A stretch of 32,000 nucleotides of DNA, from NCBI GenBank assembly GCA_964543385.1, contig CAZIYE010000003.1, positions 21,590-53,589 of the forward strand, in the 5' to 3' direction. A program made the position numbers and the translations under genes. How positions within the stretch are numbered: the first letter of the stretch is position 1; every line of letters starts with the position of its first letter. Source of the stretch: an uncultured Candidatus Saccharibacteria bacterium (GTDB lineage: Bacteria > Patescibacteriota > UBA1384 > XYA2-FULL-43-10 > 1-14-0-10-43-13). This document shows, in pieces, positions 25,304-32,000 of this stretch. The notes under the pieces were generated by a model. The model was not told the origin of the DNA and did no database searches. It worked only from the letters and a program-made list of their open reading frames with translations.

Positions 25304-28300
25304 GTGGCTAACAATGAGATTGCCATAAATTACTCACAACTGTTGATTGAGAGATTTTTAGAGACTCATCCGACTGCAACTTCCAACAGTCAGTTTGCTA
25401 TCGATCTCTACACCGCTTTGCAAAATCATCAACCTTTAACCGTATTTCAAAAGGCATTTCTCCTCGCCTCATCGGGGTTGCCATCAACATATGATTCAAC
25501 ACTCTCATTTTTCTCATTCTTATACTCTCACCACTCAATCACTTTGCCATTACTTGTAATTTTAGGGCTCATCTTTGTCCTAATTGTTCTAAACCTAATC
25601 TACAAGTTCGCATGGCGTTGGCTCCTCAAGAGGGAGTCATTTGTTTTTATGGAGCTTGTTTTTCCGGCGGGTAATAACAAAAGTGCCTACGCAACGGAAC
25701 AGTTTTTTACTTTACTTCATTCTTTAGCAAAGCCAAAAGACTTCCTATATAAAATCTTGGGATTTAAAAAGCAGTATTCCTTGGAAATTACCGCCAGCAA
25801 AGACCAAGGAATCCGGTATATTCTCGTAGCACCACTCAGCGATACTGAGACGCTTAAAAAAGGACTTCTTTCTTATCTCCCAGGATTAAAAATCAATGAG
25901 GTCAGTGATTATTTACCGACCGGCAAACAAGACAGAAACAAATTAACAGGACTAAAACTCGCCTACGATTTTGCCTTGCCATTAAAAGACAACAAAGTTT
26001 TGGATGAACATGACCCGATTGCCTATCTGACCGGCAATATGACAAAGCTTAAACCCAATGAACTAATGGTGTTTCAGATTGTGGCAAGTCCAGTTATATC
26101 CTCCAGCCATCGCGATGAAATTGGCCATATCAAGAAAATTAACAAGTTGGTTTTCGAGGGCCAATCGCTCAAAGGAGAGCTTAATCAAAATCCGATCTTA
26201 AAATTCCTGGCTTGGCCGTATGCAGTATTAAAAGTAATCCTTTTGGTTTTCTCTTTTTGTCTAAAATATCTTATCAGCATGGTGGTCGCTTTTTGGGACA
26301 CAAAGGGCAAATCCGTGCCGTTCCTTGCCAAAGAACCGGAGAAACAAAAACTAATCTTGAGCTTGCATGAATTGGAATTACAAAATGCGATCAAAGGGAA
26401 GATTGAGAAACCACTGTTTGAAACCTCCATTCGGCTTTATGTTGAAACCGATAATTTGAAAGAGGGCAGGCAAAGAGTTAATGGCTTTATGGCATCGATT
26501 GGTCAGCTTACGAGTCCATATCAAGCATTGATGGCGAAACCGCTCATTAAAATATCCCCATTTTTTAGTTTTTCCGTTAAACCATTTGCGAAAAGAGAAT
26601 TATCCTTATTCAACAATCCTATTCTTTCAAGCTCAGAATTAACCGACCTGTACCACTTTCCTTATGCTGGAACGACCAAAACAGAAGATATGGTCAGGGG
26701 CAAAAGCCAGCCGTTGCCAGCACCTTTATCTTTTAAAATGAGTGAGAATAAATTTGACAATGTCTTTGCCAAAAACAATTTCGGTGGAACTGAAACCATA
26801 ATTGGACAGACATTAGATGAGCGCCGAAGACATACATATATTTTAGGGGCTACTGGCTCAGGCAAGACAACTTTGCTTTCCGATATGATTTACCAGGATA
26901 TTATAAGCGGCAAAGGGGTAGCAGTCCTTGATCCTCATGGTCAATTAGTGGAAAAGATTTTAACTGTAATTCCAAAAGAACGCATCAAAGATGTCGTCTG
27001 GTTTGCGCCGGATGATGACGGTTTTCCAATTGCTTTAAACTTACTTGAGTTGCCCAAACCCAAAGACGGGTCATTTACAGCAAGCCAATTGCAAAAGCAA
27101 AAATCACTTGTTGCCAGCAGTATTATCTCCATTATTCAAAAGTTTTATGATGCCAAGTTCTTCGGCCCAAGAATGGAGTATGTCTTAAGAAATACTATTC
27201 TTACCGCTTTAGAAACGGAATCTCCAACCTTACTTACAATCCTAGATATCCTGACCAAAACGCCATATCGGAAAAAGGTTGTGTCCGAATTACAAAACCA
27301 AGTTCTAAAAGACTATTGGGTTTATGAATTTGAGAAGCTTGGCGGTATGCAAAAAAGTAGCGTGATCTCGCCAATTACAAATAAGATTGGTGGTATTCTT
27401 AGCTCTCCGATCAATTACAATATCCTATGCCAAAAAGAGAGCAAACTTGATTTTGAAGATGTTATTAATAGCGGCAAGATATTGCTCTGCGATCTTTCCA
27501 AAGGAAAAATCGGCGAAGATGAATCGAGTTTCTTCGGTTCATTAATCGTTGCCAAAATCCAATTAGCCGCTTTGCGAAGAGCTTTAATATCAGAGGATGA
27601 TCGCAAAGATTTTTATCTTTATATTGATGAGTTTCAAAACTTTGCAACTAATACTTTTGCCGAACTTGTTTCCGAGGCTAGAAAATACCGGCTGTCGACT
27701 ATTCTTGCCCACCAATCAATCTCTCAGATCGAGAACAGAGATATTATTAAAGTTATCCTTGCCAATGTTGGTACAGTCATTTGTTTCAAAACAGCCAACC
27801 CAGAGGACGAACAGTTTATCCTGCCAATCTTTTCTCCCGAGGTGTTAAAACATGAGATATCAAATCTCCCTCTATACAACTTCTATATGAAAGTCTCAGT
27901 CGGCCAGGCCGAAGATACTTTCATTGCTCAAACAGATAATTTTACCGTTGAAGGTGATGAAAATATTGAGAATATGGTAATCGAAGAATCAAGAAAACAT
28001 TTTGCCAATCCGGTGGTAATATTGCCGATAAAAGATGAAAAAACCGATAAGCAAATGATACAAAAAGCAATTGATACAAAGTATCATTTGGTCAAAACTA
28101 ATGATACAGAAAAAGGGCAAATTCACGCTCAAAATGCCGAAAATTTTAGCACCTATCCTATACAGGAAGGGAGTAAGGACGGGATTGGCATAATAGTAAA
28201 TATTAATGAAAAAAATGTCTCATCAAAAACTCAAAAAGAAACCATACCTACAACCCCACAGCAACAACAAATCTTATCCCTCCTCTACCGCTTCAGATTC

Positions 28301-28996
28301 CTAGACCGAACCCAAATACAACAATTCCTAAATCACAAATACCACAAACAAATCCTCGTCTGGCTAAATGATCTAATAGATAACAAATCAGTTGAAACAA
28401 CCAAACTGCCTAAAAGTAAGGCTAAAATATATTACTTAACCAAAAACAGTATCCCCCTCCTATTGGAAGAAGACGGCGACAACAAACAATTGCTTCAAAA
28501 GCTTTATAGTGAGAATGAACGATCAAACTCTTTTATTGAAAGCTGTCTTCTCCTCGCTGATATTTACCTTGATCTGCAGAAAAATGCCAATGATAGCAAA
28601 AAGACCGTGATGTATGTTAAAAGTGATTATCACAACATGCCATTAGTAGAAGTATTAAATGACCTCTCGCCTCATGCATTTATTGAACAAAATAGCACAG
28701 ATGAGACAAAGTGCTGCTTTTTGGAAATACTTGCCAATTTGCCAGAAGAGAGATTACGACAAAGGATTAAAAAATATCTCAGATTCTACCAAGAGAATAC
28801 TTGGGAAGCCGAAACCAGCAAACCGTTTCCGACAGTTTTGATAATCTGCCCAAGTGATGAAAAATTTAACTATGTTAAGTCGTATACCAAATCAAAACTC
28901 AGATCACTCGATGAACCATCTTTAACTGTTCGTTTGAGTACAGTTAAGAAGATTAGGGAATTTGGGATTGGCGGAGATGTTTGGGTGACATTGTAA
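25304..28996 (+). CDS. virD4: VirD4/TraG-type type IV coupling ATPase fused to a C-terminal replication-relaxation-like wHTH domain
   Basis: N-terminal TM segments are present. Walker A is ILGATGSGKTTLL followed by VAVLDPHGQL, Walker B is FYLYIDEFQNFAT, and then ARKYRLSTILAHQSISQI. The C-terminal part (from about nt 28250) reads QQQILSLLYRFRFLDRTQIQQFLNHKYHKQILVWLNDLIDNKSVE...IYYLTKNS...CFLEILANLPEERLRQRIKKYLRFY, resembling the Replic_Relax family. Confidence 0.8.
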   Translation: MANNEIAINYSQLLIERFLETHPTATSNSQFAIDLYTALQNHQPLTVFQKAFLLASSGLPSTYDSTLSFFSFLYSHHSITLPLLVILGLIFVLIVLNLIYKFAWRWLLKRESFVFMELVFPAGNNKSAYATEQFFTLLHSLAKPKDFLYKILGFKKQYSLEITASKDQGIRYILVAPLSDTETLKKGLLSYLPGLKINEVSDYLPTGKQDRNKLTGLKLAYDFALPLKDNKVLDEHDPIAYLTGNMTKLKPNELMVFQIVASPVISSSHRDEIGHIKKINKLVFEGQSLKGELNQNPILKFLAWPYAVLKVILLVFSFCLKYLISMVVAFWDTKGKSVPFLAKEPEKQKLILSLHELELQNAIKGKIEKPLFETSIRLYVETDNLKEGRQRVNGFMASIGQLTSPYQALMAKPLIKISPFFSFSVKPFAKRELSLFNNPILSSSELTDLYHFPYAGTTKTEDMVRGKSQPLPAPLSFKMSENKFDNVFAKNNFGGTETIIGQTLDERRRHTYILGATGSGKTTLLSDMIYQDIISGKGVAVLDPHGQLVEKILTVIPKERIKDVVWFAPDDDGFPIALNLLELPKPKDGSFTASQLQKQKSLVASSIISIIQKFYDAKFFGPRMEYVLRNTILTALETESPTLLTILDILTKTPYRKKVVSELQNQVLKDYWVYEFEKLGGMQKSSVISPITNKIGGILSSPINYNILCQKESKLDFEDVINSGKILLCDLSKGKIGEDESSFFGSLIVAKIQLAALRRALISEDDRKDFYLYIDEFQNFATNTFAELVSEARKYRLSTILAHQSISQIENRDIIKVILANVGTVICFKTANPEDEQFILPIFSPEVLKHEISNLPLYNFYMKVSVGQAEDTFIAQTDNFTVEGDENIENMVIEESRKHFANPVVILPIKDEKTDKQMIQKAIDTKYHLVKTNDTEKGQIHAQNAENFSTYPIQEGSKDGIGIIVNINEKNVSSKTQKETIPTTPQQQQILSLLYRFRFLDRTQIQQFLNHKYHKQILVWLNDLIDNKSVETTKLPKSKAKIYYLTKNSIPLLLEEDGDNKQLLQKLYSENERSNSFIESCLLLADIYLDLQKNANDSKKTVMYVKSDYHNMPLVEVLNDLSPHAFIEQNSTDETKCCFLEILANLPEERLRQRIKKYLRFYQENTWEAETSKPFPTVLIICPSDEKFNYVKSYTKSKLRSLDEPSLTVRLSTVKKIREFGIGGDVWVTL

Positions 28997-29004
28997 CAAT
29001 AAAA

Positions 29005-29035
29005 AAGCCCGAGAATCGCTATGACTCCCGGGCTT
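29005..29035 (-). terminator. Rho-independent terminator for the downstream DUF3768 gene; may also stop the convergent coupling-protein gene
   Basis: AAGCCCG (29005-29011) pairs with CGGGCTT (29029-29035). On the minus strand the stem is followed by TTTTTTATT. Confidence 0.65.
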
Positions 29036-29042
29036 GAAATAT

Positions 29043-29366
29043 TTAGTACTCACTAGCTAGCATTACAGTGATTAATCGTTTGCAGTCGTCCGATAATGGA
29101 TCAACAAAGTGCTTTAGCTCAGCATCATAATAATCAATTTTCCAAAGGACACTTTTACCACTCCATTCAAGCCGTCCCAGATCATGCCAACCGTACTGAT
29201 CGTCCTTTTGCGTAAAGCGATCGAAAGAACGGACAGCATAAAGCAACTCTTCGATATCTGGTAATTCAGCTGCTTTATTAGTAAACACAACATTCAAACC
29301 GAGCTGTCTTGCAACATCGTTTCTTCGAGCCATTTCTTGAAATTTCTCTTCTTGATTCATCTTCAA
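29043..29366 (-). CDS. DUF3768-family protein
   Basis: FTQKDDQYGWHDLGRLEWSGKSVLWKIDYYD...CKRLITVMLASEY matches the family hallmark (DNDPYGEHDFG ... FWKIDYYD ... MLAxEY). Confidence 0.8.
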   Translation of the reverse strand: MKMNQEEKFQEMARRNDVARQLGLNVVFTNKAAELPDIEELLYAVRSFDRFTQKDDQYGWHDLGRLEWSGKSVLWKIDYYDAELKHFVDPLSDDCKRLITVMLASEY

Positions 29367-29391
29367 TCCTTAGTATATTATTAAAAGTAAT

Positions 29392-29430
29392 AAAAGGCCT
29401 GAGAATCATGCATAGACTCCCAGGCCTTTT
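29392..29430 (-). terminator. Rho-independent terminator for the upstream DUF3768 gene
   Basis: AAAAGGCCTG (29392-29401) pairs with CAGGCCTTTT (29421-29430). The minus-strand stem is followed by TTTTATTACTTTT. The loop sequence is related to that of the 29005..29035 hairpin. Confidence 0.65.
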
Positions 29431-29432
29431 GG

Positions 29433-29747
29433 TTAGTACTCCTCAGCAAGCATGACTGTCATTACTCGATGGCATTCTTTAGTGAGCGGATCTGCCCATC
29501 CATCGAAAGTCGCATTGTAGTAATCGATCTTCCAGAAAACCTTATCGCCGTGCCAGATTACCTTACCGAAATCGTGCTCGCCGTACGGATCATTGTCTTC
29601 TGTAAAATCGTCATATTCTCGAATAGCATCAAGCAAACCCGGTAAATCACGTACTGCTTGCACTCCGCAAGTAAGTGTAACTCCGAACCCGCTCTTTCTA
29701 AACTTATCATTTAACATTGAGATCATTACAACCTTTACTAAAATCAT
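29433..29747 (-). CDS. DUF3768-family protein (tandem paralog)
   Basis: FTEDNDPYGEHDFGKVIWHGDKVFWKIDYYN...CHRVMTVMLAEEY. An AAGGAG SD lies 4 nt upstream of ATG 29747. Confidence 0.8.
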   Translation of the reverse strand: MILVKVVMISMLNDKFRKSGFGVTLTCGVQAVRDLPGLLDAIREYDDFTEDNDPYGEHDFGKVIWHGDKVFWKIDYYNATFDGWADPLTKECHRVMTVMLAEEY

Positions 29748-29812
29748 AAAACTCCTTCCTAATTATAAAAAATGGGGCGGATCGACCTTCCCGCCTGTCT
29801 AATGAAGGACTC

Positions 29813-29888
29813 AAAACAATAAGATTGATTGGGTCAAGGTGGAGTCGGTAGCTTGGAACTACCTTGAGGCAAGCAATCTTATTGTTTT
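29813..29888. repeat. 76-nt nested inverted repeat (long imperfect hairpin) in the intergenic region
   Basis: The outer 15-bp perfect arms are AAAACAATAAGATTG (29813-29827) and CAATCTTATTGTTTT (29874-29888). The inner 7-bp arms are TCAAGGT (29834-29840) and ACCTTGA (29861-29867). An alternative inner pairing is GGTAG/CTACC. Confidence 0.8.
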
Positions 29889-30041
29889 ATAAAATTAGAA
29901 GACAGGGGGAAGAAGAAAATCCTTGTGTTCTAAATATTCAAAAAATAACCATCTCTACGCACTCAATATTGAACCGCCCATTATCCTTTGTAGGACTAGA
30001 CTTTTTGCTCAAAAACTATTGCTAATTTCTATTGACACTAT

Positions 30042-30070
30042 CCCTTTGGGTATATATACTATACGCAAGG
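30042..30070 (+). promoter_or_regulatory. Near-consensus sigma70-type promoter for the small-ORF/recombinase operon
   Basis: TTGACA (30042-30047), 17 nt spacer, TATACT (30065-30070), about 20 nt upstream of the ATG at 30092. Confidence 0.6.
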
Positions 30071-30091
30071 GGATAGTTAAGAGAGGGATGT

Positions 30092-30436
30092 ATGGGACCG
30101 GTTAAAACCCAAAATTTGAACCAAAATATGCAGCAACAAGGCTCTTTTCGATTGAGCTCGCCTGCTTCACATGAGACATCGGCATTTGGTGGACGAATTG
30201 AGGATTACAAGACCGGCCTTGAGCTTACTTTGCAGTCGATTTTTCCAACGAAACAAGATGAAAACAAGCTCCAAAAAGCCCGTCGAATCCTTGGTGAGAT
30301 TGCAACAGATATTCCAGATACCGAACTTGAGTCAGATATCGCTGAATTTCATTATCTCGTTGACTCTTGGCTCGATGAGTTTGAGAAGCAAATTTTTGAT
30401 AATAAAACATTAATAGAGGTATTAAGGGAGGGGTAA
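30092..30436 (+). CDS. Hypothetical 114-aa protein translationally linked to the recombinase (possible accessory or directionality factor; speculative)
   Basis: A GAGAGGG SD lies upstream. The stop is 1 nt before the recombinase ATG, whose SD (AGGGAGGGG) lies inside this ORF. The C-terminal half is helical and acidic. No family was recognised. Confidence 0.6.
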   Translation: MGPVKTQNLNQNMQQQGSFRLSSPASHETSAFGGRIEDYKTGLELTLQSIFPTKQDENKLQKARRILGEIATDIPDTELESDIAEFHYLVDSWLDEFEKQIFDNKTLIEVLREG

Positions 30437-30437
30437 A

Positions 30438-31979
30438 ATGAGTCAAACATTACTCACAAGAAACCAGGCCGCCGGAAAAGCAGTAGTCTATTTAAGGGTC
30501 TCGACTGAAGATCAGGTGGATAATTATTCACTCGACACTCAGGAAACAATTTGCAAGAAAGAAGCCGAGAAAAGAGGGGTCGAGATTCTAAAAACCTTCC
30601 GAGAAGAAGGTAAATCGGCCAAAACGATCACTGGAAGGCCGTCATTGTTGGAAATGCTGACGTTTTGTCAGAAACACAAAAGAGAGATCGATATGATCAT
30701 TGTCTATCGACTGGATCGAATGTCACGCCAAACAGCCGATTATTTGGCAATCAGGAAGAAGCTGGCCGAGTGCGATATTAAACTTATTTCGGCGACTGAG
30801 CCAACAGGAAACAGTCCCACAGAGAAATTTGTTGAAACTATGCTGGCTGGCTTTGCTCAAATGGATAATGATGTCCGAAGCGAGCGGTCAAAGAATGGTA
30901 TGCGAGCAAGATTTATGTCCGGTCTTAACAATGGCTATGTTCCGCTTGGATATCTCAACCAAAACGGCTATGTCGCAAAAGATCCAGCCACTTTTGAAAT
31001 AATGGAAGGTGCTTGGAAACTAATGGGTGGTGGTAAGAAGACACTCAGAGAGATGACTGTAATCTTGGCAAAGAAGGGTATCAAGGGAGGGAATCGTCAT
31101 GGCAGAGAAACTGTTCTCCATCCTCAAATGTTAAATAGAATTTTTCGGAATAAATTTTACACAGGTAAAGTTGTGTCAAAAAAATATGGTCTTGAAGTTC
31201 AAGGTCAACACCCGCCAATGATCACAGAGGAATTATATTACAGAGTCCAAGCCGTTTTAGATGGCAGAAATACGAGCGTAAATGTTCAGTTGGCAAGACG
31301 GAACCGAGACAATCCCGACTTCCCATTACGTCGAATCGTAAAATGTCCAAATTGTGGCGCTTCTATTACCGGCGGGTGGAGCAAGGGCAGGACTAAACAC
31401 TATGCCTATTATTTCTGTCCAAAAGGCTGCAAGGGCTCGACAGTGGCAACAGGAAAGCTTGAAGAAGTAACGGCGAGTTTAATTGGAAAAATTGAATTAA
31501 AACCAAATGCAATCGAATTACTTATTGCCTACTTGCGCAAGAAATATTTTGAGAGAATCTCAAGCTTACAAAAGAGACGAGAGCAGGCTGACAGCGAGCT
31601 TAAAAAGCTTTATGAGTTCAGACAGGCACTAATCGAAAAAAACCTCTCAGGAATTTACTCTGATGAGATCTTTAAAGAACAAAATAAGATGATTGAAGAA
31701 AAAGTTAAAGATATCCAATACACAAAGAACGACGAACTTATAGAAAAATATAATTTAGAAAAAATAGTAAAATTTATCAAAGCCAAGCTTTTAAATCTTC
31801 CTGAAACTTACAGTAAATCCGATCTTGGACAGAAGCGTGTCCTCTTGGGTTCAATATTTTCATCTGGATTGGTATATACTGGAAATGACTATTTGAATCC
31901 GGCAATTAGTCAATACTACAGCGCAATATCCGATCTTTCAGGACCTAGCGTCTGTTTTGGTAGCGGGGGGGAGATTTGA
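30438..31979 (+). CDS. Large serine recombinase (integrase)
   Basis: The N-terminal resolvase domain has AVVYLRVSTEDQ (catalytic Ser) and YRLDRMSR. A recombinase domain follows, then the zinc ribbon CPNCGASITGG...YYFCPKGC and a coiled-coil tail (ELKKLYEFRQALIEKN). Confidence 0.9.
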   Translation: MSQTLLTRNQAAGKAVVYLRVSTEDQVDNYSLDTQETICKKEAEKRGVEILKTFREEGKSAKTITGRPSLLEMLTFCQKHKREIDMIIVYRLDRMSRQTADYLAIRKKLAECDIKLISATEPTGNSPTEKFVETMLAGFAQMDNDVRSERSKNGMRARFMSGLNNGYVPLGYLNQNGYVAKDPATFEIMEGAWKLMGGGKKTLREMTVILAKKGIKGGNRHGRETVLHPQMLNRIFRNKFYTGKVVSKKYGLEVQGQHPPMITEELYYRVQAVLDGRNTSVNVQLARRNRDNPDFPLRRIVKCPNCGASITGGWSKGRTKHYAYYFCPKGCKGSTVATGKLEEVTASLIGKIELKPNAIELLIAYLRKKYFERISSLQKRREQADSELKKLYEFRQALIEKNLSGIYSDEIFKEQNKMIEEKVKDIQYTKNDELIEKYNLEKIVKFIKAKLLNLPETYSKSDLGQKRVLLGSIFSSGLVYTGNDYLNPAISQYYSAISDLSGPSVCFGSGGEI

Positions 31980-32000
31980 ACTCCCGACCCCAGGCTTATG
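31958..32000 (-). tRNA. Partial tRNA (3' two-thirds) with anticodon CAT, i.e. tRNA-Met or tRNA-Ile2; continues beyond the window
   Basis: The minus strand reads CAT-AA / GCCTG / GGGTC / GGGAG-TTCAAAT-CTCCC / CCCCGCT-A-CCA. That parses as anticodon plus loop end, anticodon-stem 3' arm, 5-nt variable loop, canonical T-arm, acceptor 3' arm, discriminator and encoded CCA. Confidence 0.8.

Noticed and set aside
1-32000. CRISPR arrays, rRNA, IS or transposase genes, and DGR-type reverse transcriptase to explain paralog diversification
   Set aside because: No regularly spaced short direct repeats were seen by eye, and no RT, transposase or Cas-like ORFs appear in the six-frame track. The only nucleotide-level repeats found are those reported (the 89-nt block, the hairpins and the 8-mers).
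31958-32000. Identification of the tRNA(CAT) as the initiator tRNA, since its acceptor 3' arm CCCCGCT-A resembles the E. coli tRNA-fMet CCCCGCA-A
   Set aside because: The visible anticodon-stem 3' arm is GCCTG, not the CCC(G/A)A arm that pairs with the three G residues diagnostic of initiators. The 5' half is outside the window, so only Met or Ile2(CAT) can be stated.

Overview
The window looks like the inner part and right end of an integrated conjugative-type element. It uses the standard genetic code: TAA, TAG and TGA all terminate genes at conserved C-termini. GC content is about 40% by eye, and the secretion genes resemble Gram-positive or CPR/Patescibacteria types (lineage is a low-confidence inference). 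The right end (30.0-32.0 kb) has a near-consensus promoter, a small ORF and a large serine recombinase whose last 22 nt overlap the 3' end of a partial tRNA(CAT) on the opposite strand. Next come two tandem DUF3768 genes with related terminator hairpins and a 76-nt nested inverted repeat. At 25.3-29.0 kb is a 1230-aa VirD4/TraG-type coupling ATPase with a C-terminal replication-relaxation-like domain. Everything from 25029 down to position 1 is a single minus-strand run of 22 tightly packed or overlapping genes. These are a minimal T4SS (pilin-like, VirB6-like, PrgI/VirB3-like, split VirB4, M23 hydrolase), a three-gene ABC-3C-type module (HNH effector, small middle component, coiled-coil ABC ATPase), and then the most unusual part. 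That part is 13 consecutive genes (17.2 kb to the left edge, possibly continuing beyond it). Every one begins with the same short N-terminal module, with a Cys at residue 3-8 in a C-x-x-hydrophobic-T motif followed by a helical segment. The C-terminal bodies differ: 7 WG-repeat, 3 GXGXG beta-helix, 1 TPR, 1 WD40-like and 1 unassigned beta-rich. None has a signal peptide or a recognisable catalytic domain. I could not match this array to any described system. No CRISPR array, rRNA or transposase was seen.
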